Source of the DNA: Vicinamibacterales bacterium | GTDB taxonomy: Bacteria; Acidobacteriota; Vicinamibacteria; Vicinamibacterales; UBA2999 | NCBI GenBank assembly: GCA_050246635.1 | Contig: JBFWVR010000005.1 | Coordinates: 370,844 to 434,843, forward strand | Direction: 5' to 3' | Length of the DNA stretch: 64,000 nt | Part shown: in pieces, positions 25,536 through 34,432 of the stretch | How positions within the stretch are numbered: position 1 is the first letter of the stretch | Layout of the letters: every line of letters starts with the position of its first letter | Position numbers and translations under genes: made by a program | Notes under the pieces: model-generated | The model's input: the letters and a program-made list of their open reading frames with translations, nothing else | Told to the model about the DNA's origin: nothing | Databases searched by the model: none

Positions 25536-27050
25536 TCAGCGCACGTTGGCGCGTGCCGTGCCGGCGAGCGCGCGCCGCGCGGCGTCGAGCACGGCCGCCA
25601 CGTTCGCGCCGGCCGCGTCGGCCGCGGCGCGCCGCTGCGCCTCCGCGGACAGCACGGGCAGGTCGTGCGCGCCGGCGAACCACGATGCCCATCGCGCGTC
25701 GGCGGGAAACTGGTTGTCGCCCGGGTAGCGCCCGGCCGGGCCACCCGCGAACACGTTCCCGCTGACCTCACCGCCAGGGAAGTAGGTCGCGATCGTGTCG
25801 TCGCCGACACCGGCGCCATCGCCCTTGATGCCGTAGCGGTTGTGGCGCACCAGGTTGTCGCGGAAGACGAAGCCCGTCGTGGGGCGGCCGTAGGCGCTGA
25901 TCACGTTGCCCGAGTGGACGACGGTGTTGCGCTCGACGTGGATGTCGGTGGCGCCGTCGCCAATCAGCAGGAAGACGCCGTTGCCCCCCCACGCCGCGGC
26001 GTCGACGTCGTAGAGCACGTTGTTGGCGATCGTCACCTGGCGGGTCTGCCGGCTTGGCGCGTTGTCGTCGTGCCCCAGGATGTTGAACGCGGCCGCGACG
26101 TGCCGGACGACGTTGCCCTGGAAGACGACGTCCTCGATGCCGCTCCAGGGGGCGCCACCTTCCTGGTTGCGCGGCGTGAACACGATGGCCGGCCCCGGCT
26201 GCGCCGCCTGCCAGTTGTGCTCGAACAGGTTGCCCTCGATCCGGACACGGCGGGCGTTCTTGAGCTCGAACAGGTTCTTGACGTCCCACGGCCCCCCACG
26301 CCACGCGACCGGCTTGGCGAGGTGGTTGCCGATGACGCGGATATCCGAGGGCACGAGCCCGCGAATCGACGGGTCGCCACCGCCGAACATGACGTTCTCG
26401 CCGGCGGCTTCCAGGTAGTTGTTCACGATGTCGAACGGGCCCGGGCCGTTCCACCCGCCAATCGCCTGTGAGTCGACACCGTCGGACTTGATGTCGGCGA
26501 TGTAGGAATTGCGGATCGTGGTCGAGGCGCTGTTGAGCGCGACGCCACGCCGTTGGCCGCGTTCCGGCGCGCCATGGATGTAGCAGCGGTCGATCTCGAG
26601 ATCGTGGGGCACGTCGGCGGCGCGTTGCCGCTGCCCTTCACCGAAGGCGACCACGTCGCCGCCGCCGGCGGTCGGGCCCAGCTCGAGCAGTCGCAGCCGC
26701 CAGTGGTGGGCGCCCGGTGCGGTACGCAGGGCGGGCTCGTCATTGGGGGAGCGAAGGCGGGCGAGGCGTGCCGCGTCGGCCGGGCGAATTCGCCGTCCCT
26801 CCGTCGGGATTCCGTCACTGCTGGCCGACGAACTGACGGTGATCCAGGCGTCGCCGTCCTTCGCGGGCAGGACGAAGTTGCCGCTGAACGTCGCCCCCGC
26901 TTCGACAAGAATCGTGTCGCCGGGCCGCGCGGCATCGAGTGCGGCCTGGAGGTCGTCTCCGGCGGAAACCCGCAGAACGCGGTCTTGAACGGCCAAATCC
27001 GCGGTCGCGAGCACCAGGGCCACGAGCAGGAGCAGGTGTCGGACGTGCAT
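25536..27050 (-). CDS. secreted beta-helix enzyme, paralog 3 (core only)
   Basis: 504 aa, ATG start, signal-like MHVRHLLLLVALVLATADLA. The core blocks are conserved (DSQAIGGWNGPGPFDIVNNYLEAAGENVMFGG, VKNLFELKNARRV). Confidence 0.8.
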   Translation of the reverse strand: MHVRHLLLLVALVLATADLAVQDRVLRVSAGDDLQAALDAARPGDTILVEAGATFSGNFVLPAKDGDAWITVSSSASSDGIPTEGRRIRPADAARLARLRSPNDEPALRTAPGAHHWRLRLLELGPTAGGGDVVAFGEGQRQRAADVPHDLEIDRCYIHGAPERGQRRGVALNSASTTIRNSYIADIKSDGVDSQAIGGWNGPGPFDIVNNYLEAAGENVMFGGGDPSIRGLVPSDIRVIGNHLAKPVAWRGGPWDVKNLFELKNARRVRIEGNLFEHNWQAAQPGPAIVFTPRNQEGGAPWSGIEDVVFQGNVVRHVAAAFNILGHDDNAPSRQTRQVTIANNVLYDVDAAAWGGNGVFLLIGDGATDIHVERNTVVHSGNVISAYGRPTTGFVFRDNLVRHNRYGIKGDGAGVGDDTIATYFPGGEVSGNVFAGGPAGRYPGDNQFPADARWASWFAGAHDLPVLSAEAQRRAAADAAGANVAAVLDAARRALAGTARANVR

Positions 27051-27158
27051 GGTTGCCTTTCACGAGGGCGGAAAGATTTACACACCCACCCACGAATTTC
27101 GTAGTTGTCCCGTCTGTCCGTCAGCGGGCAGATCCCGAATTACCGCGCCTTCTGGAGT

Positions 27159-27174
27159 TGGCGACACCCTTGCT
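27159..27174 (+). promoter_or_regulatory. sigma54-type promoter match upstream of the EEP-family gene
   Basis: TGGCGACACCCTTGCT has exact GG/GC spacing and a perfect -12 TTGCT, with two mismatches in the -24 box. The predicted TSS is ~27185, 142 nt before ATG 27327. Confidence 0.4.
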
Positions 27175-27326
27175 TTGGGCCTGTCGGCGCCTCGATGAAC
27201 GGTTGAGGTGCCGAGCCCACGACATGAACTAGCACGACGGCACAGACGGACCCCAGCAGACGCGATTCCCCCCGCCCTCCTGCAGCAGTCCCGATCACAG
27301 AACGACCGATCTGGAGGAAACGCTCG

Positions 27327-29738
27327 ATGACATCACGGGGGATTACTGCCCGGCTGCGCGCCTGGTCCGGCATGCGCGGCCTCCTGCCTCTCACGGCCCT
27401 CGTTGTTCTTGCACTCGTTGGCACGGCTGGCCGCCTGCAGGCCGCCGCGGCCGACATCGTGCTCTACGCGTCGGACGTCACGTCGCTCGCCGGCAACTGG
27501 CGGATCGCCAACGACAGCACCGCCGCCGGCGGCAAGCTCCTGCAGAGCGACGACAACGGCTTCAAGCAGACCGACACGGCGCTCGCCTCGCCGTCGCACT
27601 ATTTCGAAATCGACTTCGACGCCCCGGCCGGCACCCCGTACCACGTCTGGCTGCGGCTGCGGGCGCGTGGCAACTCCAAGTGGAACGACTCGGTGTGGCT
27701 CCAGTTCTCCGACGCCGTGAACACGAGCGGCTCCGCCGCCTACGGGCTGGGCTCCGGGTCCGGCCTGCTCGTGAACCTCGAGCCGTGCAGTAACTGCGGG
27801 GTGTCGGGCTGGGGCTGGATGGACGGGGCCTATTGGCTCCAGAGCGCCCCGGTGGTCAGCTTCGCGAGCGGCGGCACGCACCGGCTTCGCGTGCAGACGC
27901 GTGAGGACGGCGTCGAGATCGACCAGGTCGTGCTGAGCCCCGCCACCTACCTGAGCAACGCTCCCGGCGCGGGCTCGGGGGACGCGACGATCGTGGCGAA
28001 GGGGAGTGGCGGCGCCTCCAGCCCGTTCTACGGCAGCGCCCAGGCGGTGCCCGGCACCATCCAGGTGCGGGACTACGACCTCGGAGGCGCCGACGTCGCC
28101 TTCCACGACACGACGGCCGGCAACTCCGGTGGCGCCTACCGCTCCGACGACGTCGACCTGCAGTCGAGCGCGGATGGCGGCCACAACGTCGGCTGGTTCG
28201 CGGCGGGCGAGTGGATGAAGTACTCCGTGAACGTCGCCACCGCGGGGACCTACACGGCGACCCTGCGCGTCGCGTCGCCCAACACGGGCACGACCGTGCG
28301 CCTGATGTTCGACGGCAACAACGCGTCGGCGACCGGCGAGGTCCCGAAGACGGGCGACTGGCAGACGTGGCGGGATCTCCAGATCCCGGTCACGCTGCAG
28401 GCCGGACCGCAGGTGATGACGCTGCGTTCGGACCTGGGCGGGTTCAACGTGAGCCGGGTGACCCTGGCGCTCGTCGAGAGCAACGGCGGGTCCGGCGGCG
28501 GCAGTGGCAGCGGTGCGCTGGCCCCGTACGGCGGCACGCCCGTGGCGCTGCCCGGCACGGTGCAGGCCGAGCGGTACGACGAGGGCGGCGCCGGCGTCGC
28601 CTACGGCGACGCGACCGCGGGCAACAGCGGCGGCCAGTTCCGCGCCGACGATGTCGACATCGAGAAGTCGGGCGAGGGCGGCTACAACATCGGCTGGACC
28701 GACGCCGGCGAGTGGCTGAACTACACGGTGCAGGTCGCCAGCGCCGGCAGCTACACCGTGGGCCTGCGCGTCTCGTCCACTGCGGGCGGCACGATGCACG
28801 TCGGCTTCAACGGGCCCAGCAGCGTCTGGCAGAGCGTCAGCATCCCCAACACGGGGAGCTGGCAGAAGTGGACGACGGTCAACCTGCCGGTGTCGCTCGG
28901 GGCGGGCACGCAGCAGATGACCGTCCGGTTCGACACCGGCAAGGTCAACCTGCACCACATCGCGGTGACCGCCGGGACGAGCACGCCGCAGCCCCCCGCT
29001 TCCGGCGGCTCCAGCGACACCTTCCGCATGATGACGTGGAACATCCAGCACGGGGAGAAGAAGAACGGCAGCTACGATCCCCGCGCGCAGGCGCAGTTCA
29101 TCGCGAGCCAGCACCCCGACGTCGTGGCCCTCCAGGAGGTCCAGACCTGGGACGAGAACCAGCCGGAGAAGTACCGCAGCCTGCTCGAGGAGTTCACCGG
29201 CGACAACTGGACGCTCCAGTGGGCGCCCGTGAACAGCAAGTCGTCCACCGAGGGCAACATCCTGCTGATCCGGCTGCCGGTGATCTCGTCGACGTACCAC
29301 CAGATGCACGCGACGAGCGACTGGGACGCGATGTACGTCAACCGCTCCGTGGCGCAGGCGACGATCGCGGTGGGCGGCCGGTCGGTGCATGTCTTCAGCA
29401 CCCACGTCGACTACTACAGCACCAGCGCCCGCACCCTCCAGGTGGCCGACCTCATGGACTGGTCCGCCGGCTTCGGCGGGCCGCGCATCGTCGGCGGCGA
29501 CTTCAACTCCTGGTGGGGGGAGTCGTGGATCAAGTCGATGATGACGGAGTACACCGACACCTGGCAGGACGTGACCGGCAGCAACCAGAACGGCTACACG
29601 GTGAACAACGCGGTGCGGTTCGACTACCTGTTCCGCGCGAAGACCGGCGCCTCCCAGGTGACGCCGATCAAGTGCTTCGTGCCCGTCACCGACCTGTCGG
29701 ACCACAACCCGGTCGTGGCCGACTACCGCGTGCAGTAG
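27327..29738 (+). CDS. secreted endonuclease/exonuclease/phosphatase (EEP) family enzyme with unassigned module + 2x CBM6-like
   Basis: 803 aa and the only plus-strand gene inside the locus. It has a signal peptide (an alternative start is ATG 27372). The shared module is at residues ~42-223, followed by two CBM6/35-like domains. The C-terminal EEP domain carries WNIQHG, ALQEV, GGDFN and SDHNPV. Confidence 0.8.
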   Translation: MTSRGITARLRAWSGMRGLLPLTALVVLALVGTAGRLQAAAADIVLYASDVTSLAGNWRIANDSTAAGGKLLQSDDNGFKQTDTALASPSHYFEIDFDAPAGTPYHVWLRLRARGNSKWNDSVWLQFSDAVNTSGSAAYGLGSGSGLLVNLEPCSNCGVSGWGWMDGAYWLQSAPVVSFASGGTHRLRVQTREDGVEIDQVVLSPATYLSNAPGAGSGDATIVAKGSGGASSPFYGSAQAVPGTIQVRDYDLGGADVAFHDTTAGNSGGAYRSDDVDLQSSADGGHNVGWFAAGEWMKYSVNVATAGTYTATLRVASPNTGTTVRLMFDGNNASATGEVPKTGDWQTWRDLQIPVTLQAGPQVMTLRSDLGGFNVSRVTLALVESNGGSGGGSGSGALAPYGGTPVALPGTVQAERYDEGGAGVAYGDATAGNSGGQFRADDVDIEKSGEGGYNIGWTDAGEWLNYTVQVASAGSYTVGLRVSSTAGGTMHVGFNGPSSVWQSVSIPNTGSWQKWTTVNLPVSLGAGTQQMTVRFDTGKVNLHHIAVTAGTSTPQPPASGGSSDTFRMMTWNIQHGEKKNGSYDPRAQAQFIASQHPDVVALQEVQTWDENQPEKYRSLLEEFTGDNWTLQWAPVNSKSSTEGNILLIRLPVISSTYHQMHATSDWDAMYVNRSVAQATIAVGGRSVHVFSTHVDYYSTSARTLQVADLMDWSAGFGGPRIVGGDFNSWWGESWIKSMMTEYTDTWQDVTGSNQNGYTVNNAVRFDYLFRAKTGASQVTPIKCFVPVTDLSDHNPVVADYRVQ

Positions 29739-29750
29739 CCCCCGCATCGA

Positions 29751-30773
29751 TCACCCGCCCGCCGTCACGGCGGGCGGGGACCCGGCCGTGGCCCGCCGCA
29801 GGTGCCGCAGCCGCCAGCATCCCGCAATCAGGCCGAGGAACTGCAGCGATCGCAGTTCCTCGGTCAGTGTCTCGAGCGCCGGCGCGCCGACCCGCAGCGA
29901 GCGCAGCCAGCGGCCCCACTGCTCGAACGCCTGCCGCCAGAGGAACCTCGGCATCCCGCCGATCCGGGCCACGCGCGTCATGTCGATGTCGCTGTAGACG
30001 TCCTGCAGCATCAGCGCGTGCGTGCGCCCGCTCCAGAAGAACCACTGCCGGAAGTACGTCCGCGTCAGCCGCCCGGGCGGCACGTAGTGCCGCACGCTGC
30101 TGCCGGGATCGTAGTACCCGGCATAGAGCCCGAACCGGCGGAGGCGGCAGAAGATCTCGTGGTCCTCGCCGGAGGTCAGCGTGTTGTCCACCCGCCCCAG
30201 GTCGGTGCGCCACCCGCCGACGGCCTCGATGGCGGTCCGCGCGAACGCCAGGTTGGCGCCGATGGGCAGGCGCTGGCCCGTCAGGTCCGCGCGGTAGTCC
30301 GCGGGCTCGTCCCCGTAGTCGATCAGGGCAAGAGGGCCCCAGATGTCCTGTGCCGGGCGGGTGAGCAGCTCGGGGGGCGGCGTCACGCTCCAGCGAGGCA
30401 GCACCTTGCCGAAGGTGAAGGTGACGTCCCGCGCGCGGAAGACCTCGACGATCCGGCACAGCCAGTCGCGCGCGGGCCGGACGTCGTCGTCGGTGAGCGC
30501 CAGCACGTCGCCACGGGCCGCGCCGAGCGCGGTGTTCAACGCGAAGCTCTTGCCCTGCGCCGGCTCGTGGAGCGCCCGGACCGGGAACGGTCCCGCCGCG
30601 CATGCGTCGCCGATGACGCGCGGGGTGTCGTCGGTGGAGTTGTTGTCGACGACGAGGATCTCGACCGCGCAGTCGTGCGGCGGGTCCAGCTCCTGCAGGG
30701 CCGCCAGGGTCTCGCGCAGCAGGGCCGCGCGGTTGTACGTGCAGATGACCACCGACACGTGGTGGACGATCAT
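29751..30773 (-). CDS. GT2 family glycosyltransferase
   Basis: The start ATG 30773 (MIVHHVSVVICTYNRAALL) overlaps the upstream stop (ATGA). DNNSTDDT and LTDDD motifs are present. This is the downstream half of the 737-aa track ORF. Confidence 0.85.
   Translation of the reverse strand: MIVHHVSVVICTYNRAALLRETLAALQELDPPHDCAVEILVVDNNSTDDTPRVIGDACAAGPFPVRALHEPAQGKSFALNTALGAARGDVLALTDDDVRPARDWLCRIVEVFRARDVTFTFGKVLPRWSVTPPPELLTRPAQDIWGPLALIDYGDEPADYRADLTGQRLPIGANLAFARTAIEAVGGWRTDLGRVDNTLTSGEDHEIFCRLRRFGLYAGYYDPGSSVRHYVPPGRLTRTYFRQWFFWSGRTHALMLQDVYSDIDMTRVARIGGMPRFLWRQAFEQWGRWLRSLRVGAPALETLTEELRSLQFLGLIAGCWRLRHLRRATAGSPPAVTAGG
29754..29778. terminator. perfect 11-bp GC hairpin at the convergent EEP/GT2 junction
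   Basis: The arms cccgcccgccg and cggcgggcggg flank a 3-nt loop (tca). The hairpin begins 16 nt after the EEP stop and lies inside the last codons of the convergent GT2 gene. There is no U-tract. Confidence 0.45.
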
Positions 30774-31756
30774 GATGCGCCTCCCGTCGAGCGCGCCGCC
30801 GCGGTCAGGCCGCGGGCGGTGACGCCCCAGCGCGTGGCCGCGTAGCCCGCCACGAACGCGACGTCGATCGCGCGATCGAGGGCCTCGACCGGTGCGCCCG
30901 TCGCAATCCGGCCCACCACCGCGGCCGCGCCGGTGAGCCCCCGGCGAATCAGGTGGAACGGCAGGCCGAAGACGGCGCGCGCCGGCGCCGGGCCGGCCTG
31001 GCCGTCCATCACGGCGTTGGTGATGCCCGACCAGTAGAACCAGCGCAGGAAGTAGCTGACGCGCGCGCGGTGCGCCGGCACCCAGTGACGGACGCGGACG
31101 TCCGGCAGGTAGAGCGCCCGGTACCCGGCCTGCTGGATGCGCTGGCACAGCTCGTGGTCCTCGCCCGAGAGCAGCGTGCCGCGCAGTTTGCCGAGATGGG
31201 TCGCGAATCCGCCGAGCGCCGTGAACACCTCGCGCCGGACGGCCATGTTGGCGCCGAGGAAGGTCCGCGGGCCGAGTGGCGACGGCGCGGGGCCGTAGTC
31301 GAGCAGCGCCAGCGGCGCGCCGAGGCGCGCCCGGCGTGTCGCCGCCTGCCGGATCCAGCCCGGCACGCCGTCCTGCCATCGGGGCGTGACCGGGCCGCCC
31401 ACCAGCGCGACGGCCGGATCGGCCAACCCGCTTCGCAGCGCGTCCAGCCATCCGTCCGCGACGTTGACGTCGTCGTCGGTGAACGCCAGGACGTCCCCCC
31501 GGGCCACGGCCAGCGCGGCGGCGAGCGCGTGCGACTTGCCGGGGCGTGGTTCGTAGATCAACCGGAGGGGCACCGGGAACGACGCCTGGTGCCGTTCCAC
31601 GACGGCGCCGGTCTCGTCTCGTGACCCGTTGTCGACCACGATCAGTTCGTCGGCCTCGACGAACGGCTGGCGCGCGAGGTGCGTCAGGCACTCGTCGAGG
31701 AGCGTCGCGCGGGTGAAGGTGGCGATGATTACGCTGATCGACGGGGCGTTGGTCAT
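30770..31756 (-). CDS. GT2 family glycosyltransferase
   Basis: 328 aa beginning MTNAPSISVIIATFTRATLL, with DNGSRDET and FTDDD motifs. It is a paralog of the downstream GT2. The start overlaps the flippase stop (ATGA). Confidence 0.85.
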   Translation of the reverse strand: MTNAPSISVIIATFTRATLLDECLTHLARQPFVEADELIVVDNGSRDETGAVVERHQASFPVPLRLIYEPRPGKSHALAAALAVARGDVLAFTDDDVNVADGWLDALRSGLADPAVALVGGPVTPRWQDGVPGWIRQAATRRARLGAPLALLDYGPAPSPLGPRTFLGANMAVRREVFTALGGFATHLGKLRGTLLSGEDHELCQRIQQAGYRALYLPDVRVRHWVPAHRARVSYFLRWFYWSGITNAVMDGQAGPAPARAVFGLPFHLIRRGLTGAAAVVGRIATGAPVEALDRAIDVAFVAGYAATRWGVTARGLTAAARSTGGAS

Positions 31757-33348
31757 GAGACAGCCTCCGAGAGCCGGCCGCGGCCGAGGGGAGTCGCGCG
31801 CAGGGCCTGCCGCGCGTAGCCGAGATACCGCGTCCGCAGGTCCCGATCGACGCCGACGAGGGCGACGACGGTGAGGTAGAGGGCGCCGACGGCCGCGCCC
31901 TCGAGCAGGACGCCGGCGAGTGTCGTGGGCGGCCAGGCGGTGCGCACCAGGGCGCAGGCCGCAATCGCGGGCACCAGGCCCGCGGCGGGTGCGCGACCGA
32001 CCGTCCAGAGGAACACGGGCGTCGGCACGCCCGCGCGGCGGCAGGCCACCGGCAGCAGGATGAACAGGTTCGCGACGAGCACGGGAATGGCCGTGCCCGC
32101 CGCCACGCCGTTCATGCCGAACGGGCCCACCAGGATCAGGCTGAGGCCGAGGTTGGCCAGCGCCTCACCGAGCGACGCGAAGGCAACGAGCCGATGGTGC
32201 CCGCTCCCGAGCAGGACGTTGCCGAGTGGGCCCTGGCCGACGAGCACGACGCCCGCCACCGCAAGGATGTAGAGCGGCGTGACGGCGCCCCCGAAGCCGG
32301 GGCCGATCCACAGCTCGATCAGCGGAGCCCCGAACCCGACCACCACGACCGTCGCGCCGGTCACGAGGATCAGCGCGATGCGCGTCGTCTCGATGAGCAT
32401 CGTGCGCACGGCCTCGGACTGCCCGCGCGCCTGCAGGGTGACCACGATCGGGAACAGGAAGCCGTTGAACTGGTTGCAGAGGCGCCGTTGGTACTCCGCG
32501 AGGCGGAGCGCCACGGCGTAGACGGCCACCGCGGACGTGCCCAGCGCGGCGCCGATCACGAGGTTGTCGAGGTTGAAGCCGATCTGGACCGCGATGTCGA
32601 TGACGAACAGGTAGAGGCTGAACGTCGTCACCTCGGCCACGAGGGCGCGGCTGAACCCCGAGGGCCGGATCCGCAGCTCCGGCATCGCGACCCGCGCGGT
32701 CCAGGCATACGCCGCATAGCTTGCGAGGCCGACCGTGGTCGTGGCGGCGACGAGCGGCAGCAGGCCATGACCGCTCGCCAGCACGACGTAGGTCACCAGG
32801 CCGTTCACGAGGGCCACCGCGATGGCCACGCCGTTGTTGAGGGCGAAGCGCTGCCGGGCGGTGGTGGCTGCGCCGAACACCGTCATCGGGAAGCCGACGG
32901 CGATTCGCACCCCGAGAATCGCCAGCACCCACTGCCCCTGCTGGATCTGTCCCGGGTCGAGGTTGGGGAACCGCGGGATCACCCAGGTCACCAGCGCGGC
33001 GACGCCCACCGCGGCGAGCAGGCCCAGGCCGGCGTGCACGACGACGAAGGTGCTGAGGATTCGGTTGACGCGGGTGGTGTCGCCGCGGGCATCGGCGTCC
33101 GACACGTGGCGCACGATGCCCGTGCCGTAGCCGAGGTCGAGCAGCTGGAAGTAGTACGTCAATGACGCGACCAGCATCCACAGGCCGTAGTCCTCGGTGC
33201 CGAGGTGCCGGATGGTGAACGGCATCAGCACCAGGCCCAGGCCGATGTTCACGGCCAGGAGCGCATACTTCGTCACGGTGCCCGTGAGCACGTTCCGGAC
33301 GGGCGAGCCGGCCGGGCCGCCGCCGGGCGTCGGCACGGTGGCGCTCAT
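31753..33348 (-). CDS. Wzx-type polysaccharide flippase (MOP superfamily) 1
   Basis: The start is ATG 33348 with GGGAGG upstream. The ~531-aa protein is highly hydrophobic with many TM helices. Its N-terminus (VTKYALLAVNIGLGLVLMPFTIRHLG..YGLW) is typical of polysaccharide-biosynthesis flippases. Confidence 0.8.
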   Translation of the reverse strand: MSATVPTPGGGPAGSPVRNVLTGTVTKYALLAVNIGLGLVLMPFTIRHLGTEDYGLWMLVASLTYYFQLLDLGYGTGIVRHVSDADARGDTTRVNRILSTFVVVHAGLGLLAAVGVAALVTWVIPRFPNLDPGQIQQGQWVLAILGVRIAVGFPMTVFGAATTARQRFALNNGVAIAVALVNGLVTYVVLASGHGLLPLVAATTTVGLASYAAYAWTARVAMPELRIRPSGFSRALVAEVTTFSLYLFVIDIAVQIGFNLDNLVIGAALGTSAVAVYAVALRLAEYQRRLCNQFNGFLFPIVVTLQARGQSEAVRTMLIETTRIALILVTGATVVVVGFGAPLIELWIGPGFGGAVTPLYILAVAGVVLVGQGPLGNVLLGSGHHRLVAFASLGEALANLGLSLILVGPFGMNGVAAGTAIPVLVANLFILLPVACRRAGVPTPVFLWTVGRAPAAGLVPAIAACALVRTAWPPTTLAGVLLEGAAVGALYLTVVALVGVDRDLRTRYLGYARQALRATPLGRGRLSEAVS

Positions 33349-33379
33349 GCGCGACCTCCCGTCCGGTGTGGCCTGGTGC

Positions 33380-34432
33380 TCACGCCGGCTCCTGGCGCGT
33401 GGCGCTCGTGTCGCGGACCGCGGTGTCGGATGCGTGGCCGCCAAGCCAGGCTTCGCGAAGGTAGCCGCACAGCCACACCAGGCGGACCGACCCGGCAAAA
33501 CGTCCCGCGGGGTCGCCGGCCGCCGCGGCGCGGGCGGCCTGCCAGCCCCGGCTGGCGGCGTCCCGCCAGAGGTAGCGCGGAACGCCCAGCAGGTGCGGGA
33601 CGGGCGGGCGCGCCGTGGCCGCCAGTCGCGCGACGTCTCGGCCGTTCTGGAAGAGCCAGCGACGGCAATACTCGCGCGTCAGGCGCGCGCGCGGCACCCA
33701 GTGACGCACGACGGCCTCCGGCTCGTACACGCCGCGATACCCGGCGTCGAGGAGCCGGAGGAACAGGTCATGGTCCTCGCCGGTGCGCAGCGTGCCGGCA
33801 AGCTTGCCCAGGTCGGCGCGCAGGCCGCCGACCGCCGCCATCGCCGAGGCGCGCACGGCCATGTTCGCGCCGATGGGCACCACCTGGGGGTGCGCCTGGT
33901 CGATGGGCAACCGGGTGTCGCCGTTGTCGGGGATCGCCAGCACGCCGTGCAGGGCCGGTGACATCCAGGACGGGGGCGGGACTTCCCAGTTCGGGCGGAT
34001 GCGCCCGGCCACGAAGTCGGCGCCGGATTCCGCGCTTGCGGCATCGAGCGCCGCGAGCCAGTCCCGGGACGGCTGCACGTCGTCGTCCGTGAAGGCGAGC
34101 AGGTCGCCCGTCGCGTGTGCCAGGGCGGCGTTCACGGCCTGCGACTTGCCGGGCGCCGCGACGAAGAGGTAGTGGACCGCCGGCGCGTCCGGACGCCTGG
34201 CGAGCTGGCGGACGGTCTCGGCGGTGGTATCCGTCGATCCGTTGTCGGCCACGACGATCTCGAACCGGTTGCGTGGCCAGCGCTGGGCCACGAGCCCCTC
34301 GAGCGTCGTGCGCAGCAGGGCCTGCCGGTTGCGCGTCGCGACAATGACGGAGACGGTCCGATGCACTGGAACCTGGCCTTTCCGGAGGGAAGTGCGGGGG
34401 GCGGCCAGCCGCCGTCCCCCGCGTCCCGTCAC
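33380..34432 (-). CDS. GT2 family glycosyltransferase
   Basis: The protein contains VSVIVATRNRQALL, DNGSTDTT and FTDDD. The GTG start at 34432 overlaps the upstream TGA (GTGA); an internal GTG (VHRTVSV) is also possible. Confidence 0.8.
   Translation of the reverse strand: MTGRGGRRLAAPRTSLRKGQVPVHRTVSVIVATRNRQALLRTTLEGLVAQRWPRNRFEIVVADNGSTDTTAETVRQLARRPDAPAVHYLFVAAPGKSQAVNAALAHATGDLLAFTDDDVQPSRDWLAALDAASAESGADFVAGRIRPNWEVPPPSWMSPALHGVLAIPDNGDTRLPIDQAHPQVVPIGANMAVRASAMAAVGGLRADLGKLAGTLRTGEDHDLFLRLLDAGYRGVYEPEAVVRHWVPRARLTREYCRRWLFQNGRDVARLAATARPPVPHLLGVPRYLWRDAASRGWQAARAAAAGDPAGRFAGSVRLVWLCGYLREAWLGGHASDTAVRDTSATRQEPA

Noticed and set aside
27333-29747. An 804-aa ORF exactly antisense to the EEP-family gene.
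   Set aside because: Its composition is dominated by Arg/Ala/Gly/Pro/His/Val and it contains no recognisable motifs. It mirrors a gene with clear domains on the other strand. This is a typical GC3-driven shadow ORF.
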